A stretch of 64,000 nucleotides of DNA from Polymyxa betae A26-41. Lineage: Eukaryota > Protista > Endomyxa: Phytomyxea. Where the stretch lies: positions 1-64,000 of the forward strand of contig RBZT01000312.1 in the NCBI GenBank assembly GCA_003693705.1, read 5' to 3'. Position numbers and translations under genes: made by a program. This document shows, one piece after another, positions 1 through 13,113 of this stretch. Within the stretch, counting starts at the first letter, position 1; every line of letters begins with the position of its first letter. The notes under the pieces were generated by a model. The model did no database searches and was not told where the DNA came from. It worked only from the letters and a program-made list of their open reading frames with translations.

Positions 1-2447
1 TTTAACGATAAGCGGAACTTTACAATCACCATTTACTGATTTATTACGTTATGATTTAAATAATTTAACAATTTTACAATCAGATAATCACACATCACAA
101 CAAAATTTAATAAATAATTTAACAACAAGTGCAAATGTAATTAATACAAAATTAGAAAATTACAATTCAGCAAAAATCATTAATAGGAATTTCAACAACT
201 AATCTACAAACTGAAAATCAACTCCAACAAAATCAAATTAATAGTTTAATGATTCAAGGAGTTAGCGGACAAGAGATTGATACTATATTTGGAATAAGTG
301 GGACAATTTGGGACAGCAAACTCGGCATAATGGGTATTTCTTTACCAACATTCGGGACTACAACAAATAATTTAACTAATAAATTGGAGTTATATAATTC
401 TAATATTGGAATTAGTTTTAATTCGTTAGGATCAACTCAAACTTTAAATAATCAACAATTTCAAAATTTCAAATCATTAACAGAAACAAATATTATAACT
501 CATACAAATCAAATCGCTGACCATGAAAACCGAATTGATATTTTAGAATTGGACGTTTATGATTTAAATATTACATCGGCACTTCACGAGGATAGACTTG
601 ATAATATTGATACAGAAATAATTAATCATGATTCAAGAATTACTGATTTAGAGCAATTCTGTTTTGGGGCAACTTTTGATGCTGGAATAACCGAATCAGA
701 TATTTCTTTTATTGAAAGCGTCCAAGACATATCAGATAAAGTTCAAGTAGGTTTTCAAGCATTACAAGCAGGGCAATTGGGTTATCAAGCATATCAAGCG
801 TTTAAAAATGGTGNNNNNNNNNNNNNGGTTATAATGTTTTGAATGACACGGAAAATACTACGCAAAATACGGCGATTGCTACAAATGCTGGAACTATTGC
901 TGGATTGGTTACTTGGCAAACCGCAACTGATATAGCACTTGGAATAATTAATAGTGATGTAAGTAATCTACAAACATCAGATACAAATCAAAATAATCAA
1001 CTTACTAATATAGGTGTATCAGTTAATACAAATTTAGATAATAAATTAAATTCATTTATTATAGGGACAACAACCCGTTTTAATACTATTGACAACAATA
1101 TAATAAATTTACAGACAACGGATAATTCTCTTGGAACAACAATAAATTCATTTACAAATAGAATTATTTTTAATACAATTGGAATAACATTTAAGGGTCA
1201 GACTATTAATAGTGTTTTCTTAAATGACGTTGGAATGGGAATAAGCGGAAATTTAACTAATTCTGGAAATTTACAAAGTCCTTTAACTTCATTGCTTTCT
1301 GTTTCTTCTGGAATAATTGATAATAAAGTGGGAACATTAATAGGTGTATCATTACCACAATTTTTAACGAGGAATGAAACCGTTTTACCTTCAAGTTTTA
1401 CAACATCAAGTTTAAATACATTTCAAGGAACAGATAATTATATTTTAAAAGGCGGTAGTTCTAATAATTCTTATTTACAATATCAAAATAATACATACGG
1501 AAATAATAAATGTTATACTGGATTAATTAATGGAAATTTAAGGTTATATTCACCAGTTAATATTGAATTTTATACAAATGACGGAACGCTTAACGGGACA
1601 ATTAATAGTAATACAATGACAATTAATAATCATTTAACAATTTCGGGAACATTACAAAATTATTCCATTTCAATTTTGGGAACGAGTTCATCTGTTTTTG
1701 ATAGTAAATTAGGACAACAATTAGGAATTACAAATATTAATTTAGATAATAAGAATATTTTATTAAGTGTTTCAAGTAATATTTTAGATGGGAAAATTAG
1801 CACACAAATAGGAGTATCAAATGTAAATTTAGATAATAGAATTAATTTAGTTGGAGTTTCAAGTAATATAATAGATGGAAAAGTCGGAACAAATATTGGC
1901 ATTTAAATACCGAACATTGATGCAAAATATGCTACTTTAACTGGAATTACTATTGGAAATTACTTAACAAGAAATGAGTTAATATTACCATCCACTTTTA
2001 TTAATTCTTCATTGAAATCTTTTGGCACTTCTGGAACTATTGGAAATAATCAAGTTAGAGACACAAATTTAACGATTAATACATTTCAAGTTAGTAATTA
2101 TCCTAATGATACGGCATTAGTAATTTCAAGTCAAGAAGGAAAAAATAGTAGTTATTTTGGAAATCCTTTTGATAATACTATTTATACAAGGGTTTAGGGT
2201 TTAAAACTGGATTATGATATTTTTTTATAATTAAAAAACAATTTAAAAATATAAAACTGTGTAGGTGCTGGGTGGAATTTGGATTAATCTATGAGTTGAT
2301 TAAGGATTAATCGTGGTTTTTTGAAAAGTTTTTAAAAAATATCATATTTTTAACACCGCAGACAAGGGAACCATATGATATTATCAATAAATTTACAATT
2401 ACAATAATTTTACACTATGCCGATGTTGGATTGGATTGGATTAAACT
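1..2447 (+). mobile_element. AT-rich foreign segment, probable end of an endogenous DNA virus / Polinton-like element
   Basis: Visibly much lower GC than the rest of the window, intronless, encodes an Asn/Ile/Thr-rich repetitive fibre-like protein, and switches abruptly to host-like composition near 2450. No capsid, integrase or polymerase gene is in the window. Confidence 0.55.
2..2197 (+). pseudogene. Decayed repetitive fibre/spike-like protein (trimeric coiled-coil plus beta-repeat character)
   Basis: Frame open from base 2 (LTISGTLQSPFTDLL...), frameshift near the A-run at ~172-177 into ORF 249-842 (heptads HENRIDILE/HEDRLDNID/HDSRITDLE), N gap 814-826, ORF 839-1906, in-frame TAA 1904-1906, same frame continues to 2197. 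Internal repeats: GVSSNIxDGK, FLTRNETVLPSSF/YLTRNELILPSTF, LTISGTLQ. Confidence 0.55.
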
Positions 2448-3305
2448 AGATTGTTGATGGTTGTCAACAAGCGACGTTGTATCCATAGCGCTATCGTCTC
2501 AATATTTACCAGAACTCCTACTTGCAGTTTCGGAGCCGTTAATTATGTCACCAACTACACCGATGTCTTTGCATGTGACTTGAGGCAGACCTTTCGCCAG
2601 CATTGACGCAACAGCGTTGGCGATGACGTCGTCCATCTCCACCGTCTTCGGGTCTTGTGCCTTGTTATCGCTGCAATTGCTTTCGACCGTTTTAAATAAG
2701 TATTTAGTCGTGTTGGATAACAATTTGTGATGATACTAAATGCTAAAACAAAATCGTTTTCATATGAAATAACATGATTTACGTCAAAAATCAAAATTGA
2801 CTCCTAAATTTCCCAGATTCGATCTCTGGCACATGGAGCTGCTTCTTCTAAGCAAAATGCCATTTCAGCAATTCTCAAGTCTTTATCCTTTGACGTTATT
2901 AACTCCGACAAAGCAATAGCATTAGCTTAATATTTTTCTCTATCAGGGTCATCCTGTGCCTTTGTCGTTTTACAAATCATGCCTTGTCTAGTATGTACAA
3001 TGCTAGATTCGACAATAAAGCATTTCGCGACAGCCGACTACTACCGAATCGTCGGTTGCGTCCATCTACTATCTGCAGGCCTGCGATAGATCGTGCATAT
3101 CTCATCAATCTGAAAATTGAGCTATGCGAAGCATGGAAGCTAATCAAGCCATCGTTAAATACGATATGCAATGGAGAGAGAGAGATTCTGAAAGCGAGAC
3201 TGAAAGTCGAGTGGTATTTTATTGCAAATTTTACACGGAGTATTGAGTTCAATTATAGAGAGAATAGATAGAGAGACGAGATCCCATTCATTTGTATCTG
3301 TGGAG

Positions 3306-3881
3306 ATGACGTCATCCCAAGAGCCTTCTCCTGGCATGGATCTATCATCATCTAGTAATGAGAAGTTCTCTATTCATACATGGAATGCTGTGGCTATGTG
3401 GTCTTGGGGTATGCAGATTATCCATTCTTCGGAACTTGCATCTGACATTGTTGCTATCAAGATATCGCTGTCGATAATTGTGCCATTTGTCGCAATCACG
3501 TAAGATAAACAGCCGATCGATCAATCGTAGTTGTTGACGTAAATCCAGGTCATGGATTTATGTATCGAATGGTAGAGCCAAGCGTATAGTGATGCGATTC
3601 TGATAGCGATTGTAGTCAAGCTCGTGGTAATGAATTAACAGAAGAATGTACAGTAGCCTGGGGTACATGTAATCATACATTCCATTTCCATTGTAATCGT
3701 CACCTTCTGTCCCTTCTTCCCATCATTCAATAAATATTGTTCAGGTATCTCGCGATGGCTGAAAACACGTGAAGTGTGTCCTTTAGGTAACCCAGAGCTG
3801 ATACGTCCCTTCGTATCCATCTCTGAGCTATGATACCAATCAGATAATCGTCCTTGGGAGTTCCTCAAATACGGCCGATGA
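3306..3881 (+). CDS. RBX1: RING-box protein 1 (cullin-RING ligase subunit), 6 exons
   Basis: Spliced: WNAVAMWSW|DIAVDNCAICRNH|VMDLCIEC|QA...ECTVAWGTCNHTFHFH|CISRWLKTREVCPL|DNRPWEFLKYGR*, near-canonical RBX1/ROC1. Confidence 0.97.
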
Positions 3882-4044
3882 CGCCCTCCAGTGTTCCAGC
3901 TGTCTCCATTAAACTATCATAATACAATATTCACGACGTTATTTACGAATTCGTACACACGAAATGCATCGTGGTATCAAACTCCTTCATTATCGTGCTT
4001 ATTTTGGTGAATCGGAGTTTACCAAATACACACAATCAGTGATA

Positions 4045-5780
4045 ATGTCGTCGGAGATCTGCGACCTGATTCTATCGCCATCGTTATTGCATGATGATAA
4101 GCTGACCAACATCCAACGCCTGCTCCAGCGTTATATCGCTGAACAGTCGGTCCCTGATCTGGTCGCTTTCATCACATTTCGTACGAGGGGGTGTTGGGTC
4201 TAACCCTGCTTGTAGTATTGATTCATGGCTTGTTAGTCTTAGATAAGGCTGGCGATAGTAATCCCATCACTAGACCTGCTGTCACTGAATTTGTGAATGC
4301 AATCGAGAGAATTGAGGATAATAACGCCTTAGAGTATGATGATGTCAGATATCCAACATTCTGATTCTGAAATTCTTCAGAGAACTCTGTAAATGTACTC
4401 TGTCGTTGATGCAGAATAAGATGATATTCTATGGCGATGATGTATTGCAATATCTATTCGTTTGTTATCATGCTGATTATTTGTGTTCAGTTTCTTAAAA
4501 TCTCTTTGATATTATCAGAAATTTACCTAGCCAGTGAGGATTTCTCGGCAGCTGCAAAGGTCGTTCAACACGACCAGCGTCTGGGATCTATTGAGCTCTG
4601 CTCAGGTGCTGGCTTCGGTCAGTTTCGATCACGTCTCCAATATCGATACGCGTGTCGATACGATGCTGAGAATCTCGGAGCTGTATCTGGAAGGCGACGA
4701 TGCCATCTCGGCGTCCCGATTCGTAACCAGAGCGCACCGGTTGATTTCCCAATGTGGTCATAATGTGGCACTCGTTATTCGACATAAAGTCAGGATTGTC
4801 GCCTGCATTTCACTCTCAGCTGAATGGAAGGTTTCAGAGAGTCTACGCCCAGGTTCTGGATTTCGAGCGAAAATTCATGGATGCAGCACTGCGATATATG
4901 TCATTGGCACAGATGGATTGCCCAGAATACATCTCTGATGAGGACCAGGTTCGTCATGTCGCTGATGCCTAATTACAGCTGTTGAAAGTTGTGCATTAGA
5001 TGATCGCGTTGCAACATGCTGCAATTTGCTGTATTCTCGCAGGCGCTGGTTGGTCTAATAAAGTTTCATATCAAATGGACTTCCAAGTGTTGAAACAGGG
5101 CCGTCTCGCAGCCGAGTTTTGTCGATTCTTTATCAAGATGAAAGGTCTCGTATGCTTCCGACCTATTCCATGCTGGAGGCGATGCATCTCAACAAAATTA
5201 TCAATGTGGACCAGCAGGTGAAATTTAAGCAAATGCTTCAGCCCCATCAAGACGCCGAACTGTAGAATTGTGGTCAGTATCGCGATGTTAACTCATCGAT
5301 TGTTTAGGTCTGGTGGCTCATCCGTCTTAAAACGGGCTGTTCTAGAGCGTAAGGCGTGCAATTCGTTTATTGAGAATGATATTGAACCTTTTTAGATAAC
5401 ATTATGGCTGTTTCAAAAATTTACAATAACATCAGCCTGGTAGGAACCCACAAATAGATCATTCTGCATACATCTAACATACGAGAAAGGCGTCGTTGTC
5501 AGGAATTTTGCATATTCCAGTTTCAGAGACGGAATTGATTGCGGCTGCAATGATCGAGCAAGGGCGCATGGTTGGCAATATTGACCAGGTTGATGGAAAC
5601 ATCACTTTTGAGAATGGTATTTGTATAACCTCGGTTCTGGCCACTTTGTCACTGAAAAAAATCCTAGTTGGGGATACTTCGACTTTGCAATCGTGGGATT
5701 GTGGTATTCGATCGTTCTGCCAACAGCTGAATGATGTCGCCGATCAGATACTAGAAAAGTATCCTGAAATTGCTGTATAA
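4045..5780 (+). CDS. CSN4: COP9 signalosome subunit 4 (PCI domain), multi-exon
   Basis: YAQVLDFERKFMDAALRY, CCILAGAGPSRSRVLSILYQDERS, LKRAVLEHNIMAVSKIYNNI, AAMIEQGRMVGNIDQVDG, LQSWD. Confidence 0.92.
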
Positions 5781-5851
5781 AACCCAGTGTAATGATCGGT
5801 TCCATTTAAATTAAACGATTTTTAGAAGTCATTGAACTGAATGCCGGGTCC

Positions 5852-8681
5852 TCAAATGGGCGGCAGTTTTTTAACCTCAGCAACAAGGTAATCGACTATA
5901 GAGGGATCCAGAAGCGTTGTGGTATCCCCGAACCCTTTTGGATCGAACTCGCGAGATGCAATCTTTCGCAGCAGCCGCCGCATTATCTTGCCGCTTCGCG
6001 TTTTAGGAAGATTTGGAGTACACAAGATCTCATCGGGCTTCGCAAACGATCCCACACTCTGGCGAACGCATTCTTGTAGTTCTTGAGTTAATGCCGGCGA
6101 AGGTGTCACCGAATCCTTCGTAATGACGTATGCAAATAGGCATTCTCCTGAGTATACACAATTTAAACCCGTTCCTACAATTTTGGCAGAACTCCACCTT
6201 TAATATGATGTGGTCGTCCGACAACTGCAGCTGCACAACCGTTAAACGACTGATCCTCAAACAGACAAGCTTTCAAACCTTCAGCAATAGATTGATGAGA
6301 CACCAGTGCAGATTCAACTTCAGCAGATCCAATACGATGCCCGGAGACATTCAGAACGTCATCAACACGTCCCGTAATCCAGTAGAAGCCATCGTTGTCC
6401 CGGATAGCCCCGTCTCCTGTAAGGTAGCTTCCTAATTCCATTTTAATTTGCACAATTGCAAATAGAGTCACGAAAGGACCTGGGTGCGGTTTCATGTACG
6501 TGGTTAAGAATCTGAATATGTTCTATTCAGCAAAGGTAATTAGACGAATATATTCGTTTTTACCGAGAATGATCTCCATAGATTGACCTAGCCATTCCTG
6601 GCCAAGGTCTCTCAACTGTTAGAAGGCCGGAAACGTTGCTGCCTTTTAAAGGAGACCCAGACATTAGATCTCGTAAACACAACTTAATTCCGAAAAATGG
6701 TAATGTTGCACAGCCAGGTTTCATAGGCGTAACACCCTGAATGAATGCTCATTGAAATTGCAAATGCATACCAATAAGATATTTAGTTACTGGAATCGGA
6801 GACACCATGATACCGCCCGTTTCAGTTTGCCAGTACGTATCTATTGACGAATTATGCTTAATGAGGCATTTCTATTACAGCCGTACCAACGATAGCACAT
6901 TTTCCTTTTCCGACGTTATCAAAATACCATTTCCAAGCTTCAGCTACGAAAGCAATAAACAACTTAATTGAAGAAGGTTTTCAATCTCTTACGATTGATC
7001 GGTTCACCAACGCTACCCAAAACTCTAAGACTAGACAGATCGTAGCCATCGAACGGAGCTTCCCCAAACCGCATTAACGCACGAATAGCCGTTCTACAAT
7101 GACTTTAGGCAAACTACCGAATTCGTTGCTGAGAATTACGGTGATGAATAGAATATGTTGATTTTGTGTCGTTGCACCAAATCCCAGTAACGAGAAGCAT
7201 TCGGATAAGTCGGGACACTTTGGAACATCAAGGTTGTGGAACCGTTGATCAATGGTCCATAAACGATCTTCAACACTTCACAATCGATACCTTTTTATAA
7301 TACAGGAAACTCACATAGGAATGTCCGGTTATCCAACCTATGCCAACAGTTATCAGCAATTTGGAAGCAGGAATCGGGTGGCATACCAACATCAGCAACG
7401 CAGGCATATATGTCATCTTCGCGGATATTGAAAATAACCTTGTGTGTGAATGAAGTCCAAACGGCATACCCTGCAGTTGAATGAATAATACCTGTAATTT
7501 CATTAGTGAAATCTTTTGATAGGAAACAGATATTGAAATCCCTTACCCTTCGGTCTCCCCGTCGATCCAGAAGTGTAAAGAATGAATAGCGGGTCTTCAC
7601 TGTCCATTACCTATGCGCATAAATATACAACTACTAAACGATGAACGAGAAATTGTTACCTCGCAAGGACAATAGGGACGCTGACATTCCATTGCTTCAC
7701 GAAGGTTGATAAATACATCAGATTTAAACACAGAAGGATTCTGAGAGAAAATTAACCACAAAACCCAACAAGACGCACAAAATGATTACAATGTCGCCTT
7801 GGTCTAGAACAAGAACCTTCCGAATGCAATTGCAGCCAGAAATTGCCTTCTCGACTGTCTCTAATAAGCGAACTCGCTTTCCGCCTCGAACGGATTCCGT
7901 TGCAGTAATCACAACCTGATACAAACAGTTAGAAAAAGTAAACACGTTTGCCATAAGCTTGCGATTTTCGAACCTTGCATTGGGCATCTAAGATGCGCTC
8001 TCGAATAGCATCATGAGAAAACCCAGCAAAAACAACGCTATGAGGAGCACCTAAATAACAATTGACGAAGAAAAGTGTATGCTCCCATAAAAGTACCAAT
8101 TCGGGCGCACGCCAACATTGCAATTGCACTTTCAGGACACATCGGCATGTATATACAAACCGTATCGCCTTTCCTTACTCCTAAAATTTTCAAAAGGTTC
8201 GCTAGTCGGCATACATCATTGAACCTGGGGACTATTATATGCGAAACTGAAGGCCAGCCAGAATATTACAGTTCTTGGTACGAGATATGTCTAACATCAT
8301 CCAATTCATCGCCTTGATAGATAATTGCTGTCTTGTCAGATCGAGTCGGCAAATGACGGTCGACGGCATTATAGCACATGTTTAGTTTTCCATTCAAAAA
8401 CCAAGCAACGTCCCCTCGTTGAAAACCTCCCGACATCGCATCTGTATAATCTGAAAAGAAAGTGATTTGTTCATTCGCGATCTAATAGTGAAGGGATCAG
8501 CTAGATTCCGATATAAATGTTTCGAAACCTCTTTCCAGAATTGCTCCGGTTTTTCGATTGACTTCTGATACAATTGGTGATATTGTTCTAAGCAGCGGAC
8601 GCGAGACTGGTCTTTGACGCATTGGGCGGTTGGGGCATAGACAGCGCTGTCGATGACGTGAGCGATTTCTTGGTTAGCCAT
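5852..8681 (-). CDS. ACS: Acetyl-CoA synthetase, multi-exon
   Basis: [87 protein letters not shown]. Confidence 0.96.
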
Positions 8682-8791
8682 ATCTCGAAGTTGGCCAAAT
8701 ACTAGAATGACATTCAAAGAATCCCGTTAAAAAGCTCACTGCTTTACAAGAAACGTAACAACAGACAGTATGGACTATGGTTGGCTGCAAT

Positions 8792-11700
8792 TCATCTGTC
8801 GTATATTAATTTAACCAGTTCTATATCCTCGAATAAGAGCTGAAGATGGAGCTGAAGATGGACTTGGGAAGTCCAGCCGGGTGAGTATACGATGATCAAT
8901 ATAAGGGAGTTCGGCCCGGAGATTTATCCTCAAAGAGCGACGGAATGATGTCTTTCTTAGAATCGTAGATTGTTTGAGATTCATTGACAATTAGTGAAAT
9001 GCCACTGACGATTTGAATCGGATGCAGCATCGGAGTCTCTTCCTGTCAAATTAATGTTCATTTTGACAAAATATGTTTATCAAGTTCACGAATTACCTCG
9101 ATTCTCTTTCTGAAGTAAAGAATTATCTCTTTGCAACATGTGATCTCCGACTGTTGCCTTTGAATCGCTGCGCTTTTCAGCAAGTCCTTTAAAATTTCAG
9201 TGAGCCTTCACACAGCCAGAACTTGTTCCTACCATGACCCTATTTGCATCATTCTTGATTCTGTTCATCCTGGCAATGCCGAAACTTAGAATTCGCTTAA
9301 TGCGGTTTCTTGTCAAAATTCTTTCATATTTAACCTACGCCATTAAGCCTGTGGTTACGCATGGTATACAGTTGCATTACCAGAGGTGGTTCAGAGCTTG
9401 GATCCTTCGCGGTGGCAAGATCACTTGCATTCTTTGCAGCAAGTTGCAGAAATTCGCATACGCGAGATGCAGAATATTTGCCAGTCGAATCCATAAAGGC
9501 TGTACTATCTGACAACGTATTTGATAGCGGCTCTTGCTTGGCATTGTTAGAGGACGTTGTGCCTTTCTTCCCTGTTGGAACAGTTGGTTCCGTGGATGCT
9601 GTAAGACATGATCAGTTCCAGTTTCTCTCTGAAGACATTTACAGCATACATTGAGCAACCGAATCAGCGCGGAATGTTACGATCGGGGAATCAGAAGGCG
9701 GTCTAGCGCCTCGACATGATTCAATATCCCCGAAGAACAGCACCATCATTTGATGTCGTGAAAGCTCAGCTTGTAATAAGCTCAGACATCGCTCTAGGCC
9801 TGCCATCAGCTGTTTCTGAAACCATTCACTCTATGAACTCTATCAGTATCAGCACCATAGATTCGCTCGAATTTACACACGTGTTCAAATCGTTTGAATT
9901 CAGACTCGTTCTCTTTGCGTTTATTTTCCATTACAGCCAAAAGTGACGTTTCAAGATTTTGTACCCGTTCATGAAGCTGTATACTCATATTAATTGAAGA
10001 CGATATAAAAAAATGATCTTCACCTCAGCTTTCACGATATCTTCAGTTCGGATTACGTAATCGATCTCGTTATACTCAGCAGTCGCTTTATCAACTATGA
10101 GCTGTCGTTCGTCATATCTCTCAACAAAACGTTGGTAATGGTCAACGACGTTTGCGATATACTTGACAGCAGGCATATACGATCTGCAATTTCATGGTCA
10201 GAACAGCCCCTGTGTAGCAGAGATTTTCATTACGATATCTCGTCACGAAGAACCCGCTGTAAATGAGAGATATAAGCAGATTCCATGGTAACCCAGGAAC
10301 CATATAGGCGAGCAACAACTTCCTCATCTAAATAGTCCACACTAATTTCTTCGGGTTCTTTCAATATTTGAATGCCCTCTGGAGCTTGCTCAAGTACCAG
10401 ATCTCTCTCCGCTTCGTTCGGTTCAGTTAGGGATAAAGCTTCGGAAGTAATATTCTCAAGCTGATTGTTTCCATTAATTGCATGAAAAATCTATAAAGAG
10501 TGGTTAGCAGATGTTAGTATGTTATAAGCGTCTTGTACATTAAACAGTTTGAAGAATTTCGACATTGAAAGATACTGTGAATTCCAGGTACAAATATTCT
10601 CAGGTAAGGTCATGCTGAACAATTCACTTTTAGGCAATTGCACGAGCCGCTCTTTTACTGGAACATCGAAGAGCATCAGCTTGTCTATTGAATAACAATC
10701 CCCGGTCAGAGGATCAATCCTCCTGCATAAACAGCGACGAATCGATATCTTATCGTCTACATGTATATTCAGAACAGCACTGACTTTGGAGCCACTGGAA
10801 AGCAGTTAGATTATTAGAAACACTCAATAAAGTACATAGAGTACTTGAAAGGAGGTCGAGGAATATGTGGGACGCCATCTGGGTAAGGGACGATGTCCGA
10901 GCGCTCAAATCGGGACGCTAAACCATTTCGCTCGACAATCGGATTGATGACCCCTGAGAGGTGGTTTTGCAGCGATTCTGCTTGAAAGATGGTGAAGGGG
11001 AATCCATCTAAGACGACACCCTTAACATCTGGCTTAGCAGCAGCCTCCTCTATCAATTTGATATAGTCGGTATCGTTACTCGGGATGATACTGTAACAAT
11101 GTCTCAGAATGACCGCACTTAGGGTTTTGTTTCAATCTTCAGACCCAGATTGGATTATGCTGGCGTTGACGTCAACGACCAGGTAGCCCAATTGCTGGCC
11201 CAGAGCTTTACTGAGGGACGTCTTTCCTGCGAACGGCTTCCCAATGACGCAAACAACGGGACAACGAATCTGCGACGTCGGCTGAGGCGTCGGTGGGCGA
11301 ACAGCAGCGCAGACGATCCTGTCGACGCTGGCTCCAAGCATTTCAGAACCGACTTCTGACTCGGTTGGTTCGTTGAGCTTCCACCAAGGTGCCAGCCCGG
11401 ATGTATACTGTCTCATAGCACGACGATTGAGGTAATGGTCCTGAACTGCTTCAGTTGGGTAAAAGGTAGTCTGATATGAGCATCTTACAAGGTCGCTATC
11501 GACGGTTAAATCGTAAGTGAATTTCGAAGCATTAATCTGTCCTTGTACTCGATACTCCTCAAGCGTGCGATGGGAGAAGCGATAGAGGGCGGCTGCCTTC
11601 CATTGATCTAATAGGAACGAATCCATTTCATTACATCGACCGGCATGTTTATAGTTAGCAATATCGACCGCCATTGATATCAGATCGATCACCAACGATT

Positions 11701-12541
11701 GGCATTCTTGTCCAATTTGGATTTGAGCTCGACGTCCATCTATAACTCCACATTCTCTGACAAGAATCATCGTCAACATCGAGAATTGGTGATCAAGGAT
11801 CAGGACTGTGTCACCTTATTCGTGTTAGGCAAGTGCTGACGTCGTGTTCGTAAATCGAACGATTCGCGAGTTGATGAGCCAAATCACGGCTCAGAGCAAC
11901 AGTTGCAGCGCGAGCTTGAATCCGTCTCAGCTCTTGTTCATGGTATTGGCGACTGCTGATGCCTTTTCGGATTGCGATCGCGATTCTATCCAGTTCGCTG
12001 TCTATTTCAGCTTCTTTAGAGGGTTTCTGTTTCAGAATCACGTCCAATGCAGACCATCTTTCGCGCTTTTCTCGAAGCAATGCTTCCTATATAAGGTCAG
12101 GCAGATGCCAAGATCAAGGGCGTCATCCATCCCTACCTGGTCACGATCGCAAATGATTTTCTCGAGGCGTTTTTGCCGGCGTCGATTATCTATATTTTGA
12201 CGATCGCGTCGATTCTTAAGTTCGACGAGGTAATCGATATCTTGATCATTAGGTTTGACTTCACCTAGACGTTGCTCGAATATCTCCAGATCTGTGCATG
12301 TGTTGATCCGCGCTCTCTGCAATCGGTTCGTTTTCCGTGTCGCAGCTTTTCCGACCAATCGGCTTGCAGCTGTTGCGTCAATCTCATGATGGACATCTAA
12401 CCGCTCTTTTAGAATTCGATATTTTCGGTTGTGTAGGTCATCCGCGTAGTCATTCTGCCGAATTCGTTCGTCAAGCTCTGCTAAACGGGCTAAACGAAAC
12501 CGATGTCGACGTTCAGTCTCGGTAATAGTGCCCTTTGTCAT
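8792..12541 (-). CDS. SPEF2/CPC1-like flagellar protein with adenylate-kinase-like domain, multi-exon (boundaries approximate)
   Basis: N-terminal coiled coil, P-loop CVIGKPFAGKTSL, GVVLDGFPFTIFQAESL and a LID-like RRIDPLTG segment. Architecture recalls SPEF2. Confidence 0.6.
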
Positions 12542-13113
12542 TAAAACGCCTCTGAGAAATAGCTAAAATCACTGCCGTACCAAAAACTAGCGTCACAGTG
12601 AAAATGTCAATTGGATCTGTTCAGAACGATACTGGGAATCAGTAATTGATTTGAATATAAGTTATGGAATGCAATGTTTGGATTATGATAATGTCGTTGC
12701 CCATAAACGGAGATGAATCACAAACCCACTTTATTGAATATTGCTCAACAAAACAGCTATGATTGCCGGAACAGTTGATCAAGCTTCTAGGCTACGACTG
12801 CATTGAATCAAATGGGTAGAAGAGATGCGGCCTGAACACTCTGGGCTCTTTCTGATTCTACACATTGTTTGACGAAATCATAACCCGAAGCAATGACAGG
12901 CAACAATTTCCTGCAATCATCAAATGGTTATGATGGGGATTGTGATCCTTCATTCCCCAGGCTGCCATTCAATTTATGAAACTTTCAGCATCGTTCGGAG
13001 ATATCGCTTCCATGAGCGTACGTACTGGCCCGGGCAGTTTAGATATTTCTTTATTCCAAAGTTTCCTGACCTTAATCGCAGCATCCGAGAACGTCCAATA
13101 AAGTGTTGCTTCA

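Noticed and set aside
1904-1906. Alternative genetic code or readthrough in the AT-rich island
   Set aside because: A single TAA at a position expected to be Ser plus a nearby frameshift fits decay or error better; host genes use all three stops normally.
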